From: Octopus vulgaris
Taxonomy: Eukaryota
Assembly (NCBI GenBank): GCA_951406725.2
Contig: OX597824.1
Location: 30,380,001 to 30,444,000, forward strand
Direction of reading: 5' to 3'
Length of the DNA: 64,000 nt
In this document: positions 1-15,600 of the stretch, piece after piece
How positions within the stretch are numbered: position 1 is the first letter of the stretch
How the letters are laid out: every line of letters starts with the position of its first letter
Notes under the pieces: generated by a model
Told to the model about the DNA's origin: nothing
The model's database searches: none
The model's input: only the letters and a program-made list of their open reading frames with translations
Program-made: the position numbers and the translations under genes

Positions 1-430
1 AAATGATACAAGGCGTATACTTCTCTAAATTAAGTAAGAAAAATTAGAGCATTTTTGAATTACATCTCTTTTTCCATACTTGCATGGCTTGGTTAATTTT
101 TGGTGCTGTTACTTGAAAAAGCTTTTTCTTTTCACAGCTAACAACTCAACCATAGAGTGAAACTTTTTTTCCTTCTGCTTGGTCAGTCAAGCAAACAGAT
201 TTAGGTGCTTTGCTGAAGGGTAGAGCACAATGACACAAGTAGTCCAGTACCTCAATCTAGATGTCACTGAGTTTCTTTGTGTTTATATCTATATTATATC
301 ACATAATATAGTATGTTGCATTATGTTATCAGCATATACACTCATAAGTGAAAATTTGGAGGGATAAAATTAACAAGATAATTCTTCATTTCAAACACTC
401 GTAGTTAGAATTTAATCCAACATTACTTAC

Positions 431-580
431 CAGTAGCTTGCCTGATATCTTGGTTATCACAGATGAGCAGAGTTCCAAGGACTTTCAGACAGAAGGCAGG
501 TGCAACGCTACCATGAAGTCTTTCTATACAATTAATGGCAATTTCAGCATTACCTGAACACAGTTTATCACTGATAGAAA
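431..580 (-). CDS. RIPOR: RIPOR exon, 150 nt (I-SISDKLCSGNAEIAINCIERLHGSVAPAFCLKVLGTLLICDNQDIRQAT); gene continues off-window
   Basis: Acceptor ttattttcag, donor CTG|GTAAGT; C-terminal helical region matching VLRTLALLLTREDNEVSEA. Confidence 0.88.
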
Positions 581-3500
581 CTGAAAATAAAGTGGAAGAT
601 TGAACTTTAAAATTAGTTTCAAAAGTAATCTTTTTTTCATTAATAACTACTGTATTTGATAGCATAAGAGACACACAAGCATATTTGATGCACCCCAATT
701 TCAGCAATGAATTTCAAGAGAACAAGTTTTTAGTGCATTAAAGCTAGTACTAGTTAATATTGCCAGTTCATTGCTATGATAATTCCTTTTACAGTGCAAG
801 TAATAATAATAATGCTTAAGTAAATATCATAATTATTATGGAGTTAAGCTAAGTAGAAGAGACTTTCTGGATTAAAATTAGCCTAGAGAAAAATATTGAA
901 TACCAAGGACAAAATTAACTTATGGGGGGCCCAACTTAACATAAAGGGCCTGGGATTATTTTTTGAGACATTTTTCTTTAGATAAAATGTGCATCTTATA
1001 TGCTATCAAATATGGTATATATATGCATCAATAATGATAAAGTCCCTTGTATTTTTGGTAAGCATCAAACTGAGTACAGATTGGTGGTAGGAATATTACT
1101 ATTTATGAGGGGCTATAACATATTCCCTTCCCTTCAATATTACAAATGAGCATACTTTTGAATAAATACATATATAAATAAAAACTTTCCCACTTCAACT
1201 CACTGCTTTTTTTTTTCTGGAAGTGCTCTGCTTAGAGATGCCAAATGTAAAGACAACCAAATTTTGGAGATTGTGAGCAATGGGATAAAATGCTTTTAGG
1301 AATACCAAAGAAATATAAAAGCTCAAGAGTCATTACTTAACAGGAAAAGGTTTCTTTCAATAGCAAATCCCATCTATTTAGGAACAATAATTGCAGCTAA
1401 CCCCTTTTTTGTTTTGTTTTTACACCTTTTTAATAAAGACTTTTGGTTTTACTTATGATTTTTGCTGTTGTCAAAAATATCGATTGGTATAAATTCAATT
1501 GTGACTCTGTATACAATCAAATAATGATACAAATTGTTCAAATAGCACTAACAGTTTATGACAGATTGATAATGTTCGATCTTCACTTCCAGAAAATGTC
1601 AGGTTATATGCTGATATTCTAATTCTATTTTGGTATCTGAAAGTTCAGCAATTTGCATGTTGTGCTTTTTTGCCTTTTACTTAAATATTTGTAGACATTC
1701 TAAAAGGTAATATTATTCTTTCATCTAAGCTTACCAATGAGTCTTTTAGTTTTCACTGTTGTCTATTTAGAAATATAGAATATACTTTTAGTCAGCTACA
1801 GTATATAGCTTATCAGATCAAAGAAAAGTACTGGTTATGAGAATTAATATTAATGATTATGGTAACTTTCTCAGATACTTCTAATACCATTTTACCCCTC
1901 AAGCCCTAGGCCTCATAAGGCTGGTTACCCAGTTTCCATGATATAAGTGACCAAGATCATAACATTCCCCCAGATTGAGGCACCAGTTCATTGCAGGGTT
2001 CAATTTTGAGGGAAGGGGACAAGTCCATTATATCGACCTAAGTATTTGACTGATACTTTATCGACCCTGATGGGATGAAAGGCAAAGTTTACCTTAGCAG
2101 GATTTGAACTCAGAACATCAAAAGAACAAGAAGAAAAAGTACTAAACATTTTATCTGACATGCTAATGATTCTGTAGGCTCACTGCCTTAACATTAGTTA
2201 AATGTAATACCTTAAAATTAGTTAAATAGTATGTTGTCAATATTAAGATCAGAAATAACAAGCAATTAACCGAGGAAATATTTAAACACTGGAAACATAG
2301 CAGACTTCTTGTAACTTAAGTGAAGAAGTCATTATTCCTAGGTGTGGCTCAGTGGTAAGAAGTTTGCTTCCCAATCACATAGTTCTGGGTTCAGTGCCAC
2401 TTCATGGAACCTTAAGCACATGTCTTCTGCTATAGCCTCAGGTCAACCAAAGCCTTGTGAGTGGATTTGGTAGACAATAATTGAAATAAGCCCTTCACAT
2501 ATGCGTATGCACAAACACACACGTATATATATGAATGTATTATGCGTGTTTGTGTCTTCACCACTGCTTGGCAACTGGTGCTAATGTGCTTAAATACCTA
2601 TAACTTAGCAGTTCAGTAAAAGAGACCAACAGAAAAAGTACCAGGCTTTAGAAAAACAAAAACAAAAAAAAAAGTAATGAGGTTGATTCATTTGATTAAA
2701 ATTCTTCAAGGAAGTGGCTAAGGTTGGCCACTGAAACAAAGAAAAGGAAATTTAAGGAAATTACAAAATAGCTTCCAACTATTTAGTCTATTCCATAATT
2801 TTACTACAAACCATTGTTCTCATTTTACAATTTAACTTCTTAAATATCATCTTTATTTCAGGCGAGTGCTACCAAAATATTTTCTGTTTCAAGTATAACC
2901 AAGACTTTGTACAGTCTCTTTAAAACTGTTTACAAAACTATTACTTCAGTCTTACTGGACAGAAAATCAATTACAATTTTTCTTTTTTCCATTTAACTTT
3001 GAATTTATAAACTCTTTGCAACCATGTGGTTTTGGGTTCAGTCCCACTATGTAGCACTTGGGCAAGTGTCTTCTACTATAGCCCCTGGTCAACCAATGTT
3101 TTATGAGTGGATTTGGTTGAAGGAAACTGTGTGGAAGCCCATTTTGTGTGTGTGTGTGTGTGTGTGTGTATCTTTGTGTTTGTCTCCCTGTTATTTGATA
3201 ACCAGAGTTGGTTTCTTTACATCTTTATAACTGAGCAGTTTGGGAAAAAGAAAGAGGGGGGGGGGGGAGAGAAAGTAAGTACCAAACTTAAAAAGATTGG
3301 TACTGGGGTTGATTTGTCTAAATAAACCCTTCAAGGTGGTGCCCCAGCATGACCATAGTCCAAATAAAACAAGTAAAAGATAAAAGGTATTGCACAAAGA
3401 GAGTAATAAGAAATAGTTGTTTGACCTTTTGTAATCTATTATGGATAAACAATCCTATTGACCTTTACTGAAAAAGTCAGGCATGTACCACTGGATAGTT

Positions 3501-6500
3501 AAATGAAATGAGGTACATAAAGGTAAGTGTTTTGCCAAAGAAAACAGGCAAGCTTGCTGTGGATTCAAACTCTCAACCAACAAGTTTGTAGATAAATACA
3601 CCATTTATCAAAGCCAGTTCACTTCTATAATAGAAGAATGAAATCAATCATGAAAATGCAGTGATCAGAAATCTTACTTACTTTCTTCAATAATTTTGTC
3701 AACAAGAGTGAATCCTTCATTTCTAAAGAACAGTGAAAATTGGAAAAGTGTGATATAGAGGTTCTGGGTCATTTTCAGCTCAGCATCTGAGATGTCAAGA
3801 ATACGACTAACCAAATGACAAAATACTGAAAATTTAAAGAAAAAAAATACACATTTAGTTATATTAAAAATTTATGTGTAACAGAAACAATATTAGTTTA
3901 AAATAGCAAGCTATGTATCATACTTAATGCAAATACACCTCAGAAACCCAAATTAACTGCAGTATTTGTCCTGAGACAATCTCTTATAGACATACAGTGT
4001 TATTGTGTTAATATTGTACATGTATAAGAGATATAGATATTATCTCAAGATGAATACTACAGTTAATAGAGCTTTCTGTGATATATCTGCATTATGTACA
4101 GGTTGTTATATTGACAATGATTAGTTTAGTTTCCTATAAATATCAACAACTAATCACCATCACAAACAGAAACATGACCAATCTTCCGTAAATAAGAGAT
4201 TATTATTGTATAATAATAATGTTAAGCAATAAAATAAGATCATCATCATCATCGTTTATGAAGAATAAAATTAGTGGTTGTAGTATGTGGAAGTTTTACC
4301 ATTTAGATTTTTTTATCATCTTGAACACTGTTTATTGAAGGGACAATATTTTACAATTTAGCTTACACAAAGCTCTACGGCAAAATACAATATTAACTGC
4401 TCTCAACTAAATTTAACTCACCGAAGAGTTGGCTAAAGAGCAATTGGGACCATCAGTTGACGTCATATGTATGACAGCAATTAAATGCTCTTCCTGTTGC
4501 TAAGCCTTACTGGTTTCCAAGCAATATATCCAATATCCAAAATTAACGCGGTAGATATTTCATTTAGGTAAATCTCATTGTCCCCAGTCAGTCTGTTTGG
4601 TCTTCAAAATTGGATTCACTTAGTACTAATATGTACTAGTTTTACTGTTCTGCATTGGTATTCTTTTTATTTTGTCAAATTAACTAATCATAAAATTAAC
4701 CCTACTAGAAACTACCAAATTCAAAATCTTGGAAACATCGATTTTATATTGAAATAGATTAAGAAAGAAGAAAGAAAGAAAAGGTAAAAGGCAACCAATA
4801 ACATCTGAGAGAGTGGTAAAGAGACAGACAGACAGGTTACCTCGGGTAGGCTTGACATCACAGGGTTCTTGGAAGCGATTCACTAATTTCTGCTCCATCA
4901 TAGTAATGAGCTTCTCAGCAGGGACCACCAGAACATTTCTATCAACGCACTGTACCCAGAACTCCTTCAACTGTTTATCATTAAGATGTTCACCTAAAAC
5001 TGGCAGAAGATATAGACAGAGGAAAAGAATTTAATAAATTTCAAATACTCAAGACATACAAAGCCATATCATTACAATAATGAAATTAGAATACCAAAAA
5101 AAAAAAAACAGGGAAAAATTAATGGAAGTGGTAAAAAGTAGAAATGACCCCTTGTTATTCTTGTTGCAGTGAGTGTGCGCCAAATGACAAACAATAATGG
5201 TAAATAGTGAGACACTGTGACACCAGATCACACCGTAAAAATGTGGAAGAAAATCAGGTGAAAAATTATAATATGTATGTCCAGGAAATTACTGTTACTT
5301 GTATATCCAGTATATCAGAGCATATAAGAGGGGCATGTTGTTACTACTACCTCCTATTACAACAGCTACTACTATCAAATAGGTGCAGGTAAGGACCTGT
5401 AATTCAGAATTTCACTTTGCAATCATGCTGATTAGGTTTGATCACACTACATGCCATCTTGGGCAAATGTTTTCTATAATAGGCTTAGTTTGACTGATGT
5501 CTTGGTTGACAGAAACAATGCTAAAGCCTTGAGCGTCCAATAACACTATACTTGTTCCATGTCCTCGTGTTGCTGTGTTTTCTCTTTGTTCATGTTTGGA
5601 TTAACTATATATATATATATATATGAAATAAGAAGTAAAAGGGATTAATACATTCAGACAGATATCTAAAAAAGCACTCAAAGATCTGGAAACAGCTTGC
5701 TAGTGCAAGTGCAGACAGTTGAAAATTCTGCATAGCAGATGCCAGAAAGTTTCAGGGGTCATCAGGAGAGACTGCACACTTTCAGCGCCTTCTTCTCAAT
5801 AGCTTTACAGTGCATTTCTCCCCACCTCACCTACTGTTTCAACTAACCAGTATTCGACCTCAAGTCCATTTCCACATCATCACCTCTCCAGCCAGGTGTC
5901 ATCATTCCATTTCAGCAAACTTGGTTAATTACATCAAACAATCAGATACCAATAAATTCAAATAGAATTAACTGGGATCAGCATGGTTGCAAAGTGAAAT
6001 TCTTAACCACAGGTCCATGCCTGCAACTATTTAATAGTAGTAGTTGCTGTAATAGATGGTAGTAATAACAACAGCAGAAGTTATATTATTGTTCATCTTA
6101 TTTTGTACCTTTTTTTCTACATATAAATATGCTGGTACAATAGAAATGATCATTGGTGATGTATGGTGTAATCATCAATTACAGAGGTGATTTTTCTCCA
6201 TTCTTGTTCATCTTATTGGGTGTGTGTGTGTGTGAAAATCTCAAGGTTACTTTGTTCTTTAATATTATCTATTATTTTTCTTTTAATCTGCGTGTTTGTT
6301 ACAATCACTTGCCAGGTCACACCCAGTGAGCTAGGGCACATGTAATTTAAGAGATGTTTAGATATAACTGAAAGTGTGAGCAGGGACAATGAGGAGTAGA
6401 AATTCCACTGAGGTTGACTTTATCTTCATCCTTTCGAGGTCAATAAAATAAAGTACTAGTCAAGAACTGGAGTCAATGTAATCAACGTGCTCCCTCCCCT

Positions 6501-8676
6501 AAAATTTGCTGGACTTGTGCCAAAATTAGAAAGAATTATTATTATATCACTTTTTCAAACATTTGTTTCATTGACATTTCTCGAAATCAATGTTTACAGA
6601 ATCAAAACACCTTAAGCAACCAACCAAGCATATAAGATCACATGCACACAACCTGATGAGAAAAACATCACACTACAATTAGTCAAGTGTTTTCAAGTAA
6701 CTTGGAAGAATATGTGAATTGTGACCCAGTTAACGAACATAATTATACTTTTAAGTCAATAATAACCTTATCTCTATCATATCATCAACAATACTTTTCT
6801 CACATGTTTTCTAACCACAATCAACAGGATGAATGATCAAAACTCTACACTCTTGTATCATTTCACACAGTTTTGTTCCTTTTTTTTTTTCTTGATCATT
6901 ATATATTTCAAATTTGTCACATTAAATCATTTCAATTTATATCAATTAATATTTATGTTACTTAAGATTATTTACCAGAATGTAAGTCAATTTCACTCCC
7001 AGCTTTAGCAAGATGTATTAAATTTTCAAGAATTTGAGATTGCTTTTGAAGTTTATCTAATGCATATATTTCCTTGCATTTCAAAGGCCCAAAACTACCC
7101 AAATTCTGCAAAAAACAAGAAAAATGGTTTTTAAAAAGAGTCATGTAACAAATTGAACAAATCAAAAATTACAGATTTTGTAAAGAAATAGATTAATAGA
7201 GAAGAAAATGAGAGGGAGTAAAAAGAGAGAGTGAGAACAAAAATGTGAGTAAAAGAGGATATTAAGAAAAAGGAAGAAGGTTAAAAAGAGGCTAAACTAT
7301 ATAAAAAAAATATTAATTTTGAATTAACCTTCAAGAACTTAAACATCTTAATTTTTCTCTAAATTATTTTTCTGATTAAATACAATAAATTGGTTTATGT
7401 AAAATATTCTAAATGAGTTTATTTCAACAGCATATCTTTCCCTCTCTCTCTACAACACATTTAAACTGGACAATCAATCAAATCCAAAAATTAATTGCAT
7501 CTCCTTATTTGCTATTAAGCTTTAAGTACTGCACTCATATGGACAATACTGATTTGAGGAAGAAGTAGCAAAGACAATCACTGTACTTAATAACAAAATA
7601 CATGTGCAACAGCACTGTGAATTAATTTCTAGACAAACATGTGTTCACTGATTAAATTATATTTATAATTAAAAAAGGACCTTGTCTTTGAATTGCCACT
7701 TCTGTTTCTGAAAGGATTACAATTTTGATGAAGACACATAATGAAAAAATTGATCCAATTATATTTTACATACCTTGTAAATACATATTACATTGTAGTA
7801 AAATATTTTATTTCATCAAACTTAATATATATTTTCAAAAATCTTAACCTAATTAACTATTTACAATCATTTCTTTTAATAACATATTGAATAATTTATA
7901 AGAGAGAAAAGAATTTATTGAAACTAACAAAAAATATGAAGAAAAGACAGAAACTTTAATTCTAAATCTCATCATTTTACATTCACTTTGCAAGCTGGCA
8001 TGGGTTGGATGAGTCATTGTGGACTGAGCCATTTCTTATTGGGAGGATGCTCAAACAGATAATTTGGATTGGTTTCTACAGCTGGATGACCTTCCTCTCA
8101 TCAACTCTTTTACAAAGTGTACTGAATTCATTTTCTTATGGCACCAACACTAGAATGGTTGAATATTCCTCAAGAACAGGACTCAAAGGGGCTCACAATC
8201 CTAAACTTTCTCTAATTGTTTGCAAACCACTTTACAAGTATTCTTTGTGAGAGAAGTAGTATTGCTTCCCATTCACCTGAGGGAGTGCAGCATTAGGGTT
8301 GAGAAGGGGAATAGGACTGTAAGTGTACAGGATACTGAATAAACTAGGGTGTGTACATTTAATCAGGTGACTGAGGAGGGGAATAGGTGGGAGGGGGAGA
8401 GAGAGAGAAAGAGAGAGTAGTGACATTAGAAGGACTAGAATGAGTGGGAAGGTGGAAGAAGCAAGAGTAAGGGATATTTGGGGGTAGAATCAAGAGGAGA
8501 AAGACAGGTAAGAGTTGTGGTGAACAAAGGTAAGGGTGGGTGATGAGATAAAAGCAAGAATAGGTGATGGATAACAATGGAGGTGACTCATCAGAGAGAA
8601 AGAGTGCTGGCAGGTAACACAACAGGGAGGTGTTAGTGTAATGGGTATGGCAATGAGGGTGATCCAATACAGTATC

Positions 8677-8712
<36 letters not shown>

Positions 8713-11700
8713 AAAGAGAAGTGGAGGCATATGGTTTAGTGGTTAGAGCAGCGGACTCGTGGTCAAGAGATCACAGGTTTGAATCTAAGACCGGGTGATG
8801 TGCATGTTTATGAGTGAAACACCTAAGCTCCAAGCAGCTCCAGCAGAAGATAATGACTCCTTCACCACAACTTTCTCTCACTCTTTCCTCCTGCAGCTCA
8901 CCTGTGACGGACTGGCGTCCCATCCAGGTGGGAACCTATACTCCAATGAAACTGGGAAACTGGCTCTTATGAGCCAGGCATGGCTCAAGAAGGAACAAAC
9001 AACAACAATAAAGGAGAGTGAGAAGCAAATAGGTAAAAAGAGGGAGGCAGGTAATAGGTAGATGTGAGATAGGGGGTAAAGGATACAAGGTGAAAGGTAC
9101 AAAATATCTCAGTCTCTAAACACTCCCCTTGCACCAGGGTACACTTTGTCATGAATGGTCAAGTCTTCTGCAACACCACAAATCACTCATGGTTTTCAAT
9201 CATTTCCTCCATGAGACGCAGCATCTCCAGGGCAGCCTTCAAAACTTCATCCCAAGTCTTACTTGGTCCCCTTCTGCAATTTCCACTAACTTGAAGCACT
9301 TTAACACTTCTTTATGCAGCAATCATCCTCCAGATACATCACATGCCTATAATCAGTGTAGCCTCTTCTGTCATATATTGTTACACCTGATCCCTAGTTT
9401 TTCTCTCAGCTCATTTGTACTCTAGCATTCATGCATATTAGCATTACACAGCCATCAGAGCACACTTGCCTTCTTTCTTTCTAGTTTTCAAAAGTCTTCT
9501 AAATTCAAGGCCCATGTCATGCTACCATGCACTATCACAGTTCTAACACTAGTATCATACCCTTTATTCTGACAGAAAATACTATTGTTGCTAACAAAGA
9601 TGTCAGCTCCGTGAAATTTTTCCAACTTGCCCTTACCTTGGCTACTATACTTTTTCAACAACCTTTCTCATATAAGGGAATTAATAGAACTGTCATCCCA
9701 GTATTAATTAGACTGAAGGGAGAAACAAATACACGTCAACTCTATGGATACACATGCAGATGAAAACTAGATTTTTTTTTTCTCTGCTCAAAAAATTTTC
9801 TTTGAAAATGTTCATAAGAAGTTTTAAATGCATTATTTTATTTCATCTATTCATTAACACTAGATTCTTAGGCACAATTCCACAGAAAATATACATCCAA
9901 AGGAAATATACTTTCTATACTGATATATTAACTGAAAACAGGAACATTCTCTGTAAGCAGATTTCTATCTAATTACAGAAGATTATAAAATAAGTTGGAT
10001 GATAACGGGTAACATTTTTGAAATGTACAATTATTATTATTATTATTATTAATATTATTATAATCAAAAAGTCATTAAAAGGGCGGATGTTATGTTCATT
10101 TTTATCATGAGTTCAATTCCCACAAAGTCAATCTTGTTCTTTTCTTCAGTGGGCAAAATAAACAAATGCAGGCCTTGTGCCAGAGTTGATTAATAAAATC
10201 AATTATATTAACTATCTCCTTAAAATTGTTGGTCATATTAATATAAGAAGTTATTATTCATATTATTATCTTCAACAACAATGGTTTATATAAATAGTAA
10301 ATAGGCTAGAATATATTCACCAACTTTAGTCAGAACGATGACAGGAACAATGGAGCTATGTTCACTGGTCATTAAAGCAGATGTGAGAAATACAAAAGAA
10401 CAACCATTGATTAACTTACATGAAATACCTTGACCCAATAACTGTGGTTACCATAACATCACAGAATGGTATGATAACTACCAGGTGCAACATTGGTAAA
10501 CAGACAAATACTAAATAACACAGAGACCATTAAGACTAATTATCAACTTAGATTAACACACAATTCAGCAATTAATTACATTGCAAATATTGTTACAAAA
10601 ATAGTTCACAAGTAAAATTTTATGCATTATCGTTCAATGAAATACAAATTCAAAAAGCGAAAAGAACATAAATCTATATTTATTTAGATTTCCAAAAATC
10701 TGTAATTTTAATGATAGAGTCAATTACAAAGCCCTGGTGAACCAACTAAATAATTTGACTTAAATTCTTAACTGCAACAATTCTACTTGCAAATACTCTA
10801 GAGAAACACATGAAAGTCACAATATTTAACTCTCCTTCCTTTACCAACTAAATCGGAAGCACTTTGCCTATGTCAGAAAACAAATTTTACAAGCTTAACA
10901 TTGCTGGATTAATTGATGTATGCTGACATAAAAAAATATTTATCTAGAGTTTTGATATTTTCCAATAAGAAGGAGAGAGAGAGAGAGAGAGAGAGGGAGG
11001 GAGAGAGAGAGGGAGGGAGAGAGAGTGTGAAATGGAAGTGGATGTATGTGTATAAATTCTTTGTTGAAAAGTGAGTCATTGAATATAAAACAGGAAATAA
11101 CAAATTAAAAATATTGAACTAATTGTCTAAGGTTTCATTTGACCTACAAACTTGAAGTCTACTTAAAATAAAATTGATGAAATTTTTGAGTACACTTAAG
11201 TTTTAGTGCATACATACATGTGCATAAACACAGATAAATGCACAAAGAGAGACAAGCACAGTCTAAACACCACCCCAACAACAACAGATTAATCAAATAT
11301 AAATTATTTTGTATTTCATAAATAGGTTGATGGAATTATTTTGAAATTTTCCTTCAGAGATTAAATATTTCTGATTATATACACCATTACACACAACACA
11401 AAGGAATATATGCTGAGTAGCTCAACTTCTGAGCTACTCATTACCACATCAAAGTATAAACAAAATATGTAATAACTAAGATCACAAGTTACTGATGAAG
11501 GTAAAAAAGACATGTTATACAAGATTTGCTCAAACAGTTTATGTGAACGAGTAAATTTTATGTAACCACCCACATTAGGTTATGAAGGAGAAACAAACAA
11601 GCTGATGTGAACTGACCTCAATTAATTTGTTACAGTAATTAAGATGGAAGATAAGAGCTTGGTCCACATGTTCATTGCCTGAACTTGGAGGAAGTGGACT

Positions 11701-12620
11701 GGAATTTGTGCTAGAACTCAGTTGGGTGTCTTCACATAATCTCTTAGCTAAAGATTCGATTCCAGAATCTGTTGTTTTGGCAGTAGATTCTGGACTGGTT
11801 AGAATGTGATCTAAGCTTGATCTTCTGCTCTCACTAAAAAGATAAATAAACAAAAAAATTCATCAAAATAACAACTTAATAACAATACTGGACATTATAG
11901 AATTCACAACATTATCTCCATAATGGCCAATGAGAGAATTTGTAACCTATTTAGTTGAGAGGTAAAAGATTTCTCAAGGAAATGCGATAGATTTGTATCC
12001 TACTAATATATCAACATCCCCTCTAATTAATGACTCATTATGTATAATTTTAACCTGTATTATACATAATGTAATAACAGAGTAATAACTGCACTCAATT
12101 AGTCACAAGAAAAACAAGCATTACATTTCTAAATTACACATAAAATTGATATGAATTCTAAATATTCATATGTAGGTGCATGCACACAAATGTCGATATG
12201 TGTAGGCATGTGTATAAATATGAGTGAGTGTGTGCAAACTTTTAAAAATATGTAAATGCATAAGAATGTCAAATATGTTTGCACTTCAATAAACAAGCAA
12301 CAACAATATAAATTTTTTAAAAAAAAGCAAACTAACCTAGGTGAGCTATCTACATCATCAACAATGTCCTCTGTATTGAGAAAGTCAAAAGCTTCCAAGG
12401 CATGTTCAATTGAGACACTTATATTAGAAGAACAAGAACTAGATCTGGAATGCTTCTGCAAAGAGGAAATGATCATTATAAGTTTAATTAATAAACAGAA
12501 CCTCCAATTTAAAAGTAACACAAAAAGCAACAAATCACTGCAAAAATATATACAAATATCCTAAAAATCTGTTTGATACAACCTGTAACATTTCAGGTTT
12601 TTTTCTTCGTCTTGTATGTA

Positions 12621-12661
<41 letters not shown>

Positions 12662-15600
12662 GTGTGTGTGTGTGTGTGTGTGTTGTGGAGAAGCAGAAAT
12701 GACAGTGAAAGCCCAGCAGTGTTTAGATATGTCTCCTTGTGTTCTAAGTTCAAGTCTTTGTTTTTTAACATTTTATCTTTTGCTTGTTGAGTTTGCAAGC
12801 AGAGAAAGAGCCCTTGACCCTAACAGAACCTCTGACACCATTGTCATTGATCCTATTTAATGTTCTGCTAGAACTGCTACAAGTCAACATTTGAAGGAAA
12901 TACATAAGCAGGAAGAAGATTCCAGATGGACAATGTTTTGGAGAATTAAGGATTTGGCATAACAGTCAATGCAGGGAAAAGGGGTGAGGTTGGACACACT
13001 AACAGTAAAAAAAGGTAGAGAGATGAGTGGATTGGGAGGTGTATGAACATTGGTGGGTACAAGACCAGCCAGCCCGAAAGGGCAGAAGTAATCATAATAG
13101 TAAAGAGAAAAAAACAGCGAAGGGAGACAGCATGTATATGGTTTAGAGTAATTTCTTAGAAATTAGACATACAAAGGGTCACAGGCAGAGAAAGATGAGT
13201 GAGCCTGCAACAAGTGAGCTCTGATAGAATAATTATACAGTGCTTCAATGTGAATTTTATTTGAGCTTTATAGAAGGTTAGCAACCAATCAATGTTAAAG
13301 TATTTTCTGGCACTAAAATGGTATCTTAGTTCTTTGTAAAGCAGTTTTAGCAATAATTCTGTTTGTGATGAAGTGTCAATAAGCTCAGTGATCTTCTCTG
13401 GGGGCAATGCAGTATGTTAGAGCATATAGCAGTGGCACTGATCAAAATTTGAGAACTCTACAATAGGGTACTGCTCCAAATGATGAAACAGCACTCCAGT
13501 GTGGGCCTTGCATAGATCTTGTTGCGCATCAGCAGTTGTAGGGGCTGAATTATACTCTGGACCAAAATGGAAGGGTTACTCTTTGGGATTCATCATAGCT
13601 ACACTAAGAATAAGAATATCCTTTCTCCAAGAGAGATCCTCAATGATATTTAGATCTTTTTCCTTACAAATCTCTATCCTTGAGCCAAACTTAGAAATCT
13701 TTATTTGCTCTACAATGAGATAAGAAACTAAGGGGGGGGAGTATCCACCTACAACATGGATAGCTGTATAACTGTTTCAAGAAGGTGTCTCCTTACATGA
13801 TTGCCACATCCTCATTCCCAAGATTTTCATAAAGAACCCATCAAGTATTGGATACTAATTTCCTTCTGAAAACTCAAATTAGGTCCCCCAGAGTTTCTCA
13901 GTTCATATTCAGATAACATAAACTGTATTTTAATGGTATTGTAAGTCAGGTCAGGTGCTAGCTGCTACTGTTACCATATAACCCAGTACAACTTGCCTCA
14001 TTAAACCACTCTCTACATTTCATGGTTGAAAATCTGTCAAAGAGCAGAAGATTCACTTACAGAGAAGCTAATAGTCCAACTCAACATACCAAATTAATCA
14101 GGACCCAAGATCACCAAGAAAGACAGGGGGCTGAGGTTGCGTCTTTTACTGTGCATCTACGACCACAGCCTTAGACTATGGAATTTTGAAAGGTAGCAGA
14201 TCATTGATAATAAATTAAAGAAGTTTATATCTTGTCAAAGTGTTCACTGTGTATTGTTAATTGAATATCGAAACAAAGGATATAAAGTTGAATCTTTGAA
14301 ATATGAAACTGCAGTTCTTAGAAAGAGTAACTAAAAGTAATGATAAAGTAATGATTTCTTTTTCAATGTAAAAGGATGCCGTTCCTTATAATGACTCAGA
14401 GACATATTTCTATGTACACACTCATTAGCTACACTTACAATTATAACTAAATAAAACAATAATTACACCACATTTGTCATTGTCACAGATAAAGCATTAA
14501 TCTAATTAACAGGATTCTACTGAGCAAAGATAATTACATACACCCAGTATATAAGTCATCATCAAGTAAGTTTTAGTGTTAATCTTTACTGGGCAAGATA
14601 TGACTGGAGATAACCAGAAATATTAGCAAAACAAAGCTATATATATATGCTTGATGTATTTATGTTGTTTAGCTCAATGACAACACTGATAAAGCAGAGC
14701 TATAGTCAAAAATGCTCCAGTTATAACAATCCCATCTTCTTTTGCACATTTTGTACTTAAGATGTTATTATTTAAAGTCTTTTGTTTTAGCTTTTATTTA
14801 TAGCAGGAAAAGCTATCACATAGAAACTCCCAACTACACCAAGGTCCATCAGGTCTATGTAAGACAAAATCACCACCCTTTACTTGCTAGATCAGCATGT
14901 TCTCTCAAAAGGACAAAACATCAATCTAGCTGTTGTTGATTAAGATGGAATTAATAGGATGTTGATTTCACTGTATGCAAAAATATATGGCTGTCTGATA
15001 AGGACACTGTGGGAAAAATTGTCCTGAAGTCTATTTTTCGTCATATTCAACATAAAGTAAAGCTGATAAGTTTATGGGCAAACAAATCACATAATTTGGA
15101 TAATCATTAGTTCAAACTTAGACACTAATTGGGACATAGATAACAGCAATTATTATTTTTTAACAAGATAGAGGACAAAGAACAATATTAGATATTTGCT
15201 GATCCTCCCAGATAGATGAGGTTGATATACTGGTAATTCAGCATTTTGCTGGATCAGGAACAGGTAAAGTTGAGTAGGTGCCTGTATCTACTCTCTTGTA
15301 AATAAGTGGAAAGAAATAGCTGCATAGGGTTTACTGAAAATTTCTCATAAAAGAATTCTTGTAATATGTTTATATATGTATATATGCACAGCAATGTCTG
15401 TAGAGAATATGTGGTAGGCAAGGGAATTCTAAAGAGTGACAATTTTGGAAAAGAAGGTTTGAGTGAAAAGTTTAGTGCAGACTCTGAGAAATTAGGCAAA
15501 ATAAGGGTCACAAGCAGAGGAAGGTAGGTGAGCCTGGGACAAATGAGTCTTGATAAAGTGGTTATGAAGTGCTCCAACGTGAGTCTTATTGAAGCAACTA

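Noticed and set aside
8724-8795. tRNA gene
   Set aside because: A and B boxes continue into a SINE body and tail with no acceptor stem; it is a SINE head.
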